In this document: in pieces, positions 50,014 to 61,615 of the stretch
Numbering within the stretch: the first letter of the stretch is position 1
Layout: the number at the start of each line of letters is the position of its first letter
Position numbers and translations under genes: made by a program
The notes under the pieces: model-generated
Database searches by the model: none
Told to the model about the DNA's origin: nothing
What the model saw: the letters and a program-made list of their open reading frames with translations, nothing else
NCBI RefSeq assembly: GCF_000143415.4
Contig: NW_003314320.1
Span: forward strand, 734,819-798,818
Length of the DNA stretch: 64,000 nt
Reading direction: 5' to 3'
Origin: Selaginella moellendorffii
Taxonomy: Eukaryota; Plantae; Lycopodiophyta

Positions 50014-52316
50014 GTAGTGGATTTTGGTAGCCGTCGGATTGGTTTCAATCCGGACCACTCGCTCCTGTATATAAGCTAGGGTTTTTGGGCTAATTGATAT
50101 GCACATTTTTGTATTCCCTTTCCGTATTCCATGCACTCACAACACAAATTTGTTAAAACAAAAAATATTGAGAAAATAATATATATTTATAATAATAAGG
50201 GGGAGTTGCCAAACTTTTTGGGCACCAAATCTAGCCGTTGGATGGGGGTAACTATCACAGTGTTATTTCCTTAACCAAATTTTAGCGAATAACTACATTA
50301 ATGTTTGCTCTCAATCAATGGGAGATGGTTAATTGCCTGGGGTGAGAGAAGAAGGTGTTGTGATGCATGTTACATGCAAAGTGTGACTGGTATGGGCACT
50401 TAACCTTTTGTAGTGGAGACTCACTATTGTGTCACCTTCCTTATAATAAATTTGATAATTTCCTTTGAGGAAGCACATTTTTATAAATAATTTTTCTTTC
50501 AAAGTGAAATTCGATATTTGTTATTTTGATATTATTCCAATCTAGTTTTCAATTTAACAAAATTATGATAATCAAAACAATGAGCATATGATCCACATTT
50601 ACTAGATGGTTAAAGTTGGCACTTAACATAACTAGATGAGCTATTGCCCAGCAAAGGGAAGTTCAAGGGTACTTAATCTATCCTAGGGGTTATAGTGGTG
50701 TAGTAGAGTTTTTGAGCTAGCTTGGGGGTGGTTAGGTGGTGAGGAACCTCAATAAAAAGTGTAACATAGTCTAAAGAGACAAAATCTTTGTCTTTTAGTA
50801 TTGAATTTTAATATTGGTATTAGAGGAGTTGGTTGCAATGGTCAACCAAGATGAACATTGAAATCCTATTATTGATGGTGGTGTTGATGATAGTACTAAC
50901 GGAGTTATAGAGGTTTGGACCATTCAAAGTGTTGTTCATGAGTTGCAAGCCCTTAATCAAAATCAACAAAAGATGTAAATGAAATGCATAGTAAGTAAAA
51001 CTTCCTTGGTGGATTGACTCAAGATTTCAACTTTTTCCAGTGATGGTGGTGTGGATGAGTGTTTGGTTTAACTAGCTAATGAAAAGAAGTTTTTGGTTGC
51101 TAGAGAAACTCTAGATATAAAAGCTTTAGTATTGCGAATAAAAAACCATTAATATCTACCATAAATGAGTTTGAAGTTATTTTTCATTTATGTTTTGCCC
51201 TTCATTATGACATAGAGAATGTTTGCACCAAACTTTGACATTTCCAGTAATGGAAAATAACACTTAGGGACTATACTCACTTGATTAGTCATGTTTCAAC
51301 AAAGGATTTAGATCAAAATAAGTCCTAGCCTTCATAATGAGAATATGTGACAACACTTGCGTTATTTCTTAGCCTATAAAGAGTTTGGAGGAGTTATTTG
51401 ATGTGGCTCGTCAACTTGATAATGATAATCACAAGTCTTGCAAATGTTTAAGAAATCCTTTTGTTAAGAATCTTTGTGATAATTGCCGTGGACATAAGGA
51501 TGGGAACAAACATCACAAGCTTGGCTACTTCAAATGCAAAGGGGTCAAAGAAGCAAATGTTCTTTGTAAAGAATTATTAACAAGGTTGTTATCATTATGG
51601 TGAGCTTGGACATTACAAAATTGATTGTCCACAGCTAAAGAACAAGCAGTAGAGCAAAAAGAATGGCCAATCTTCTATTGATGGTAAGTCAAATATTAAA
51701 AAGTTGCAAACTTTACAACATAAGGATGATGGGGGAAACCATTTTAGTCGAAGAAAGAGACTTTTGATCGTGGCTTATTAATTCAACTATGTGTGGAACA
51801 AGATGGAGTTTGAAGACATTTATACATCAGCTTTAATGCTAAAGGGCATGTTTCGTGGCAGTCCAATGTGGATTTTATTAGATAGTGGGAGCAATAATAA
51901 CTTTATTTCAACAAAGTTTATTAAAGAGTATGGCCTAGTGACATGAGGAGTTCTTCCATACATAGTGGAAAGTGCAACTACCCTTGCTCAACATTTTGAT
52001 GGTTGTGTAGAGAGGTTTGAAATGTTAGTTGGCAAAACCACACTTGTGGAGGCTTTTTATTTCATGGATATCCATCATATAGATTTCATTTTTGTGATGT
52101 TATGGTTGGTGAAGGTGGATCTAGAAATAAAGTGGGGTATTAAACATGTCTTGTTAAAGTATAATAGCATTAGTTTGGAGAGGGAATTCAGTCTTCAGTT
52201 GTTATATTTTTTGTTACATCTTTGAAGTGAGTTTTTCATAGACATAAACTTTCTAGTTACTTACTATTTGTTTATGACTTAAGGGACCAAGGCATGTGTG
52301 GGGGAGAGGTCACAAT

Positions 52317-53425
52317 TGTAAAGAACCAACTCCCTGAAGTGTTGTAGGCTAAAGGATCCTTAAAAGCATGACCGAAATGATAAAGAGTTCATCGGATGAA
52401 ACTGAGTCTAAAATCAAATTCGAGACCGACTTTAAAACGAAGCTCGAAACTAAAATCGACTCCAAGACCGAGTTCAAAACTGAGTTTGAGACCGAGTTTG
52501 AGATCCGAGATCGGGTCCAAGATTGAGTCCAAGATTGAGTCTAAGACAGAGTCTAAGGTCAGGTCCAAGATCGAGTCCAAAATTGAGTCTGAGATTGAGT
52601 CTGAGGTCGAGTCCAAGATTAAGTCTGAGATGGAGTTTGAGATAGAGTCTAAATACTAATATAGATTGTGGGGTGAAAGCCCAAAGCATGTGTCTCCTAG
52701 GGGGGGCTACAAAGGGTTCCAAAAGTATAGTAGGGATAGTGAAGTCCAAGAATCAGTTTTGAAGGAATTCTTTAGTGGTGCTTCCAAACTGACTTGAGGT
52801 TGAGGTTGGGTTTAGAGTGGGAGTGAGCATGGACTTGGGTGGTGTTGGAGGGGCCACTCAAGGAAGTGCTCAAGAGCAACTTTTACTAGAAACCAGCTGC
52901 AATGCTCCTGACTCATATAGAGTGTTGCCCCACTTAAGTACCTTGTGGCTCATTGGTCCTCACCCTTTTTAGGGGCTTGAACCTTTTATTCAGGATGGAA
53001 GTGGGGGAGTAGAGATACCTATACCGGGCCATTAGGCCACAATGTTTCCCCTCAATGTCCTGAAGTAAGTGTTGCACCCAAGGTTTGGGATTTAGAGGGT
53101 CCCATGATCAAGTCTTGTTATACCAAGGGATGTAAAAAAGTTGGAGGCTTGATATGCTTGGTTGCTTGTGCTTATGGGGAGTGTAGCCGAACCTTAAGTT
53201 TAATTTAACCCAAAGAGGGGGATTATGAGAAAATTTGGGAATTCGTGAATGGATGACTAATGCTTTATTGCTCGTGCAGTGAGTTGCTAAAATCAAGTAA
53301 TACCAAGTAGGAGTTGGTACAATAAGCAGGAACTTTGGCGAGGGAATTTAATTAAGGCCAAGGGTGTGGTGATCGGATAAATGAGGTAAGCTAGAAAATT
53401 GGAAAAAAAAAATTAATGCCTTACA
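52317..53425 (+). mobile_element. Solo LTR related to the tandem-repeat LTR family
   Basis: TGTA...TACA ends, perfect TSD ACAAT (52312-52316 / 53426-53430), decayed 12-mer array and the shared GGGTGAAAGCCC motif. Confidence 0.85.
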
Positions 53426-54316
53426 ACAATGTGGGATAATTTCAAGGAGTTTTTCAATGTTATGCAAAGGAGCAAAAGGTTTAATGACAAATCAAAGAGT
53501 TACTTAAGTTTAAATTTATTCAGCAAAATAAATTTTCATTTGGTGCCCCAATCTTGCTTGTGAGGGAAAAAGACGGTTTAATATAGATCTATATTGACTA
53601 TTTGTAAGCTCCTGAGTTTGGACTTCCTAAGAGGTCACCTAGCTCAATACTATTTAAACCCAAAAACACTTAACCCCAAATATCACAAGACCCTTAACCA
53701 ATTGGAAAAGGGGGTGCATTTTTGTTCATGGCCTTTTTTTTCTATACTTGAACCTTTATGGATTGCTTCTTGAGTCGTTCTCTTTAATTGCTTACACTAC
53801 TATGCCTTAAACAAGAAAATGGTGAAGGATAAGATGTTAATGCTACATGTGGGTCATATTAAATCAATTGACATAATATGTGTAATTATTGGCTCTTCAG
53901 AAGAGTGTCACTGCCTCTAACTTGGCTAAAGCTCTTGAGTAAAGATCATCTTTAGACAAATGGGTAGACCAAGCATGTGAATTAAGATATGTTACATTAT
54001 AGCATTGGTCAAAGGATCCTAAATCTTAAATTCTATTTATATCTTATACTGGTGCAATTTGCCCATAACAATAGCCAACATAGTGGAACCAAATTAAATC
54101 TTTACTTTGCCATGTTTGGAAGGCACCCTCAAATAACTGTAGAGTTGGGATTGCATTTGAGCAAGGATGTTTAAAATAAGTTTAATTTAGAAGCTAAAAT
54201 CACTTTCATATGGTTTGCAAAGTTTTTCTGCTACTGAACTTTGAGCCTCAATTACTAATGATGTCTTTTGGTAAACCAAAATCAGGAAATACTTCTTCAA
54301 AGTAGACTGAACTAAT

Positions 54317-55948
54317 TGTAAGCGATTAAATTTTCTATTCTACTTTAGTCACTTAACCACACCTTCAACCACTTGGAAGAGTCTCACTCACAACCTCCAT
54401 AAGTCCTATTCCAAATTTGAGGACTTGCTAGCCTCGATAATGGCATCCATGCCACTCAATCTTTGCATTTGGTCCAAATGCTCCACGTGTCTGATCCCAT
54501 GACCAACACCTAAAGGTACCACCGACATATTAGCCTGTTACGCTAAGGTTATGCTCATTCACCTTTGTCACACTGGTGATTTAACACCACCTACATCACA
54601 GTCCAATCTCTTAAAGACTAAGCCATCCGTTCATGAGTGATCATCCTAGATTCACTCTTTAGCATCCTTAGGATGCCTATAAATATAGGGAATAGCCTTC
54701 CCAATATTCTTTTTTTGGTCCCTTTCATCCACAACAGTGTTCACCAACATTGCCATTGGGTCAAAGCCCACAGGCTTGACCACTATATCCCACTGACCTT
54801 TGAGACTTCCTCACCATGTGACCATATCCTTGGTTTCTACACCAAAGGACTACTCCTCTTCCCTTCCATCGAAATAACATTTTGGAACACTATAGCCTTA
54901 TGTGAGCCTTGTGGGTACTCTCCCCACTTTCTACCTTTGAGTGCCCTAGCCATGTGGCTAGAGCAAGGTTTTAATGAATCATGCCAAATATCCAAGTAGG
55001 TAGTGCCACCCACACTTGGATTTGGAGTATCAACCATTTTGATTTCCTAGGGAGCTAGAGTCGGTTCTTAAACATTTCACCAAATTACCCTGTTTGTCTA
55101 TTCATATTCACTTTAACCTTGGACTCCTCAATAGATATATCATCACCCAACAAGTAGATATAACCTTCCTTGGTCACATTGGCCTTTTTTAGCCAAACTA
55201 GCTCCACTTAAATCCTCCCTCTACTATACTTTTAGAGCTCACCAAACCCCCTAGGGTTTGGGAGACAAACGCTTTGGGCTTTCACCCTTAGACTTGGACT
55301 TAAACTCGGACTCAATCTAGGTCTCAAACTCAGTCTCAAACTTGGACTTAGTTTTGGTTTCAATCTCAATCTCGGTCTCGGTCTTGGTCTCGGTCTCAAT
55401 CTTGGTCTCGGCCTTGGCCTTGACCTCACACTCCATCTTGGGTCCATCTTGGACTCCACCTCAAACTCCATCTCGGGTCCATTTCGAACTCCATCTTGGA
55501 TTCCATCTCGGATTGCATCTCGGGTCCATCTTGGACTCCATCTCAGGTCCATCTCGGGCTGCATCTCAAGTCCATTTTGGACTCCATCTCAGGTCCACCT
55601 CAGACTTCATCCCGAACTCCATTTTAGGTCCATATCAGGTTCATCTCGGGTTCATATCAGACTCCATCTCGGACTCCATCTCGGACTCCTTCTCAGACTC
55701 TTTTTGGGACTTGTTCTTGACACTTCCATATATCATAACACTTGGCATATGTCAATCCCTCTTGTGTCCCTTTTTAAAGATTCATTCACCAATTGTTTCG
55801 TGCTCATCTCTCGAGCACTTTGTTTAAAATTTCACTCCTACTCTTGACTTTCCAAGTCAGAGCCTTTGGTCCAAGGACTTCTGCTTCGACCACTACCATG
55901 TGGCACCCTTTTTACTCCACTTTAGGGCTTAGGGATTTTTGTCTCACA
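54317..55948 (-). mobile_element. Solo LTR, third copy of the 3047-4824 family
   Basis: End-to-end similarity with 3047-4824; TSD CTAAT / CTGAT (one mismatch). Confidence 0.88.
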
Positions 55949-56559
55949 CTGATCTGGCCACAAAATTTAATGAGATTCTAATGGTGTGTAAATAGAATTT
56001 GTAGGCTGTTCAAGATAGAGCAAAGAAGTTTACTAATGAGCATCACCAATTCCAAAAATATAAGATGGGTGATCTTGTCTTTACGAGAGTAATCATTTAA
56101 TCAAATGAGTGGGTGCCATTGTGGAATGGGAAAAGTGATAAACTTTCTTATCGATATGCTAGTCCATATGAAGTGTTGGAGTGCATTAGTAAAGTTGCTT
56201 ATCGAGTGCAACTACCAACTGGGGTGAAAATTCATCTAGTATTTCATGTCAACTAATTGAAAAATATATTATCTCAAAGTGAAGGGCCTAATGCCTTTTT
56301 GATGTATACAACTGTGGAAAATGAACCAAAAGCTTAAGTAGAGTTCCCCATAAAGGGTGATCATCAATACAATTCATCTTTAGGATAAGGACTTTGTTGG
56401 GGGGGGGGGGGGGGGGACGAAGAATTTTTAAGAGCTAACTTTAAGGAGACTAGATATTTGTTTTTTTAGCATTGGGCCTTAATAAGTTATAACAACATGA
56501 AAAGAAGAATCATGTTTTATATTTCATCTAATTAGCTGCCAACTATTAAATGTTCATGG

Positions 56560-57260
56560 GGGAGACATCACCTTTGCCTCCACTCCACCACCTTTGTGCT
56601 ACAATCTTATAAAAGCTTTGTATGTGGTGGGTGCTATCAAAGTACATGTAGCTATCTGGACAAAGGCAAGTTCAAATATTCACCCCATAAAACATTCTCC
56701 CTATGCAGCATCCCCGAGCAGTGTTGCTAAACTTATACTTGCTTGGGTTCTTCATCATCTCAGGCCATAGTAGTTTGGCTTGACCATTGCCATTCTATCT
56801 AGGCTTTTGCACAATCCATCTAGCATCTTGTTCAAGGCAACATTAAACATGACCAACATCTCATTCGTGTGTTTGTCATATTGGCCATTCTTGTAGTTCA
56901 TAGGGATGCATCCCACTATCGAGAGCCCAATGATCACAAACGTCCTTGTGTTGCAGCTGTGCATCTGCATGATCTGCTATGCAAACCTGGCCAACAAGCT
57001 CACTTGGAAGTCTATTGGGAGTAAGGTGAGCCTGTTCTTGTTCATGCTGCTCCAAAAGAAGTTATTCAGATTGTTGTTCCCCATGCCGATGTAAAAGATG
57101 GAGTTAGCAAAGAACTATGAGGTAGCATGACTACCTATCATGGCACATAGAATCTCTACCACCCTTTCAAAGTCATCAAGCTACTGGTCCATGATGAGTG
57201 TGCCATTGAGGCAAGTGGTGGGTAGGATCTCGGAGCTAGCAAATGTGACATTCACACCTA
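56560..57260 (-). pseudogene. GDSL esterase/lipase fragment
   Basis: GVNVTFASS, MGNNN, FVIIGLSIVGCIP...N...FNVAL..ML and PDSYMYFDSTHH (DxxH block). Contains stops and lacks the N-terminal GDS block. Confidence 0.75.
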
Positions 57261-58207
57261 GGATCTTGTCTAGAATAATAAGGAGGAGTTGCCAAATTTT
57301 TTGGGCTGCCGGATCCAGCCAATGGCAGCCATCTGATGGGAGGGCAGGGGGGAGGGGGGGAGGGGAGGGGGAGGGGAGTAATTGTTAAAGGATTATTTTT
57401 TTAACCATGTCTTAGCAAAATAATTGCATTGATGTTTGCTCTCAGCCAATGGGAGGTTGCTAATTTCCTAGGGCGAGAGAAGAAAGTGCTATGACTCGTG
57501 TCATATGCATGTGTTGACAAGCTTCACTAGCACCAGGAAATCCTTCTCACTTTGCCAAATGTGGATGATTTGCTTTGTCAAGTTCTCAGCTTCAAAAGGG
57601 TTCTCCAGCTCAACTCCTAAACATAACACCTAAGTCCCGGCACAACAATTCACCCAATCCTTGTTGCAATGCTTCTTTCCTCTCCTACAAAGAGGAAACT
57701 TTGTCAGAGATTTGATCCAAAGGAGGAAAGATTAATGAACTTGGGCATCAGATTCTCTAGTTTCTTCTTGAGCTGCTGGATCAAAGGGACACATATTGGC
57801 CTGGTTTACGTTGACAATGCTAGACATTGGAAGGATTTTTTGTGTGAACCACCAGTAGATGAGCCAAGGCATATAGTGTGAGACACTGAAGAAGAAGTGG
57901 TCACCCAGCAGCTGCTTGTTAAACACCAATCAACCCTTAGACATGGACATGCTTAGCCAGAAGTAATTTAGCACTGGAATGATTAGAGTCACATTGGCAA
58001 GCCCAAGGGAACAAGATCACTCGTAAAAGCAAGCAAAACAAGTTTATGATCAATAAAGGAAAAAAATTGAGTAGTAAAAATTAAATTGTGTTAGTTGAGT
58101 GAAGAAGACATTATGATGAATGCATGTACTTGATGATGCATTGTTGACTAGCATTAACACTCAACCTTTTGTAGTGGAGACTCATAGGGTTTTACAATTC
58201 CTTTTAA

Positions 58208-58548
58208 GGGCAGAGTTCCATGTGTCCCCTAGGGGAAGTTTTTCAAGGGGGGAAACTTTTAACCCCTTGTTCCATGCACCCCATTAGTGATATGGCAATG
58301 GAATTGGGGGAAAGGAGGGAACCTAGTGTCCCCTCCGAAAATTTCTCCTAGTGCTTGGAAACTGGTAGAACAAGTCAATAAAATAGTGCCACATATAATA
58401 GTAATTATTACTTAAAAAATACAAAACAAATTTAGCTGAGTTGGCAAAACCTATACTAATCATTATATAACCTTAAATTTTTAGAAGGGGGGATTTTTTT
58501 ATCTGGGGTGGAGAATTTTTTAGGTGGGGGACACATGGAACCCCGCCC
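58208..58548. mobile_element. Tourist/PIF-Harbinger-like MITE
   Basis: 22-bp TIR GGGCAGAGTTCCATGTGTCCCC / GGGGACACATGGAACCCCGCCC (2 mismatches); flanks TAA / TAT. Confidence 0.8.
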
Positions 58549-59311
58549 TATGGACTTTAATAGTTTCTTCGGGGGAAACATATGTTTACAATTACTTCCT
58601 CAATTCATTTTTCAAAGTTATTCTAATTTTGTTTTCAGTGTAACAAAATTATAAAAATCAAAACAGTGTTTGCTAATTAGGCAACATATGCTGGGCAATA
58701 GCTATAAAAATAAGGAGGAGTTACTAAACTTTTTGGACTGTCAGATTTAGCCAATGGCATCAATGTTGACATTTGCTCTACTTTTATCCAATGGGAGGTT
58801 GCCAATTGCCTAAAGCAAGTGAAAGTATTATAACACACATCACATGCAATGTGTTAACTAGCATTGACACTCAATCTTTTGACTAATAACTAATATATAT
58901 ACAAATATAATGTAGTCTGTTATAGTCTTAAAACATGGATAAGTTTTTTGAGCATGAACTTATTTTTATTTTTATTATTCACCATTGTCATCAGTGCTAG
59001 CCCAGCCCTTCTTCATATCATCAAGACGAGGAAACACTTAGATCGAATGGAGAAATGGAATCACTAGGCGGATCTCTATCTCAACCATACTCCCACAACT
59101 TCATGTAAGTCTTTAGGATCACTATCCTTTTTGGTGTTGTCAGCTTGTCTTGATCCGATAAGGACAAAGCTGACAGGAAAAAACCATGAAAAGGAAGAGG
59201 AGGTGGGATCTTAACATGGATAAAGATTTTAAAAAATTATACAGAATGATAATAAAATGAAATTTGTTAGAACAAAAAATATTGAGAAAATAATAAACAA
59301 AAATAATGTAG

Positions 59312-59384
59312 TCCGTTGTAGTCTAGTCGGTCAGGATACTCGGCTCTCACCCAAGAGACCCGGGTTCAATTCCTGGCAACGGAA
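59312..59384 (+). tRNA. tRNA-Glu(CTC), one anticodon-stem mismatch
   Basis: TCCGTTGTAGTCTAG...CTCGG CTCTCAC CCAAG...CCGGGTTCAATTCCTGGCAACGGAA. Confidence 0.88.
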
Positions 59385-59461
59385 GATTTCGTGAGCTTGC
59401 ATTTCATACATATCTACGTTAAATTTATGGTTTCATGATCTTGAAAAACAGAATCCAAAGC

Positions 59462-59546
59462 TGGGGTGAGAGAGGCTCGAACTCTCGACCTCAGGATCAC
59501 TCAAGGGCTATGAGACCTACGCGCTGACCAACTGCGCCACCACCCC
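59462..59546 (-). tRNA. Elongator tRNA-Met(CAT) with 11-nt intron
   Basis: Near-identical to 38088-38172. Confidence 0.95.
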
Positions 59547-59608
59547 TGTTATATCTTATAGAATAACAGGTTCCAACAACTTTATAATATTCGTTAATTT
59601 TTACCATC

Positions 59609-61514
59609 TCACGCAACTATCGTGTTTCGCCTTCCCATCTCTATGACTCGAGCTTGCTCCTCCCACATCCCGGCAAATCCATAGATATTGGACATGAGCA
59701 CATACGCAGCAGCGTGCTTGGGATCCATCGCCACCACCGCATCAAACGCCACCCTCGCCGCCTCCACATCCTTCCACTTGTGACACGCCCCGAGGATCGT
59801 CGTCCAAGTCACCAGGGTCGCCTCAAACGGCATCTCTCTCGCCATAGCCACCGCTTCTTCCAGATGGTTAGCTCGTCCCAGAAGATCCACCATGCAGTTG
59901 TAGTGATCCAGCCCCGGCCGGATCCCAAACACCCCAGCCATCTCCTCGAAGCACTCCTTCCCCCTGTCCACCATCCCGGCGTGGCTGCAAGCCGTGAGAA
60001 TCGTCCGGAAAGTTATCTCGTCCGGTCGGATCCCCGGCTGCTCCCTCCGCATCCTCTCGAACAGCTCTAGAACTCGTCCAACGTTGCCTTGGAAGCTATA
60101 CCCGGCCATGAGAGCGCTCCACGAGACCAAGTTCTTCGGGGAGATGGTCTGGAACACCTCCTCCGCCTCGCCCATGCTCCCAACCTGGCCGAAGAAATCC
60201 ACCAGCGCGTTGGCCACGAATACGTCCCCCTGGAGACCCGCGCTGGAGATATCAGCCTGGATTCTTCTCCCTCTCTCCAGCGCACCCAAGCTCCCGCAGG
60301 CCTTGAGCGCAGCGACGTAAGTGAAGGCGTCCGGGACGCAGAAGCGCTGCTTCATCCGGGCGTAGAACTGGAGCGCGAGCTCGCATTCCCCAGTCTGAGC
60401 GTAGCCGAGGATCACCGCCGTCCAGGACACCACGCTGGGCTCCTCCATCCTCCCAAAGACACTGCGAGCTTCGGCCATGCAGCCACACTTTGCGTACATG
60501 TCCACCAGCGTTGTCGCCACGAACAAGTCCGACTCGTCCCCTCCCTGAGAAGCCTGCCTGTGGATCCTTCTCCCGGTCTCAAAACTCCCGGCCTTGACGA
60601 GCTTCCCGTCTAGCCCCGGGGCTTCCGCCTCTGCCTCTGCCAAGCTCGAGCAAGCCTTGAGAGCCGCAACGTAAGTCACCGAGTCTGGAACACAGCCCTC
60701 CATCTTCATCCTCTCGAAGAGCTCTAGGGCCAGGCTTCCATCCCCGGCGAGAGCATAGCCAAGAATGATGCAGTTCCATGACACCGAGTCCCGCCGTTCC
60801 ATCTTCTCGAAAATCCCGCGAGCTTCCACCATGGCACCACACTTGGTGTACATATCCATCAGGCTCGTTGCCACCGCCACCTCGAGATCGTCTTGGCTCC
60901 TGGCAGCTTGCTCGTGGATCAAAATGCCTCGGTCCAGGCATCTGGATCTCACGGAAAGATCTCCCTTTTCCGCCAGGCTAGCGCAGGCCTTCAAAGCCGC
61001 TAGAAGCGTGACGCGGTTTGGAGAGACGCCTTCTTCCTCCATTGCCGCGTAGAGCTCGAGAGCAAACTCCCCATCTCCGCTCTGCGCATAGCCAAGGATG
61101 ATACAATTCCAAGAGACAACGCTGTGGAAATCCATACCTCGAAACACCGCCAGAGCCTCCGCCATGCTGCCACACTTTGCGTACATATCCACCAGCGTGT
61201 TGGCCACGACCACGTTTGCGTTGTCGCCGCTGGCTACCAGATCGCTGTGGATCTTCCTGCCGCTGCCAAGGTCCCTGGAATTCTTGCAGATTTTCAATGC
61301 CGCGAGCACGAGTCCGATGCTGAACGATCGCATTCCTTGTTGCACCATTGCATTGTATCTCCGGAGGATTTCCCTGTCTGATCCAGCGAAGCGATCCTTG
61401 CGCGGAGCTCTGGCGCGGCTGTGCAACACACGAGCTATAGCCGAGGTTGGAAACAAAGGGAGACTTACATGGGATTGGAGAGCGTCGCGCCCAGCGCCAT
61501 GGCCGCGCTTCCAT
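59609..61514 (-). CDS. PLS-class PPR protein with E domain (start uncertain: 61514 via a tiny intron, or ~61348)
   Basis: Repeated LVDMYAKCG / VVSWN / PD..TYVAALKAC triplets; HYNCMVDLLGRA...AAYVLMSNIY. Confidence 0.9.
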
Positions 61515-61615
61515 TTAATGACTAGGGCTCTTTTTACTTCTTCCAAATAGCTAAGAGCCAAGTGCGTTGGCGCTAAAACACAATTTAAATTTCTGCTGAT
61601 TGCGATGGGCGATCG

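Larger units (their letters stand above)
40048..50141 (+). mobile_element. Non-chromodomain Ty3/gypsy retrotransposon A with 174-bp LTRs
   Basis: 5' LTR 40048-40221. The 3' LTR starts at 44869 and resumes at 50014-50141. 4-bp TSD ACAC, PBS TGGTGGAGGTGAGGGG, PPT GAGAGGAGGGGATGA. Confidence 0.93.
39751..50146. mobile_element. AT-rich ~300-bp non-autonomous element with 9-bp TSD (Mutator-like?), interrupted by an LTR element
   Basis: TSD AATTTGTTA at 39742-39750 and 50147-50155; ends TGTGTT...AACACA. An empty paralogous site is at 59261-59269. Confidence 0.65.
50814..56417 (+). mobile_element. Highly decayed Ty3/gypsy internal region
   Basis: PBS-like TGGTATTAGAG, knuckle remnant GHYKIDCP (~51610), protease LLDSGS..NFIS (~51875), integrase tail PYEVLECISKVAYRVQLP...IHLVFHV (~56165) and a poly-G PPT at ~56399-56416. 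Confidence 0.75.
50186..58893 (+). mobile_element. Composite Helitron-like block with repeated terminal modules
   Basis: T(C)TATAATAATAAGG-type starts at 50186, 57269 and 58701. 3' hairpin GTGTTAA-N6-TTGACAC (58851-58870) followed by CTAA|T. Sits between A and T in a TA-rich site. Confidence 0.5.

Noticed and set aside
57530-57980. Coding-like fragment within the Helitron-like block
   Set aside because: No motif could be identified in any frame, so it was not annotated.
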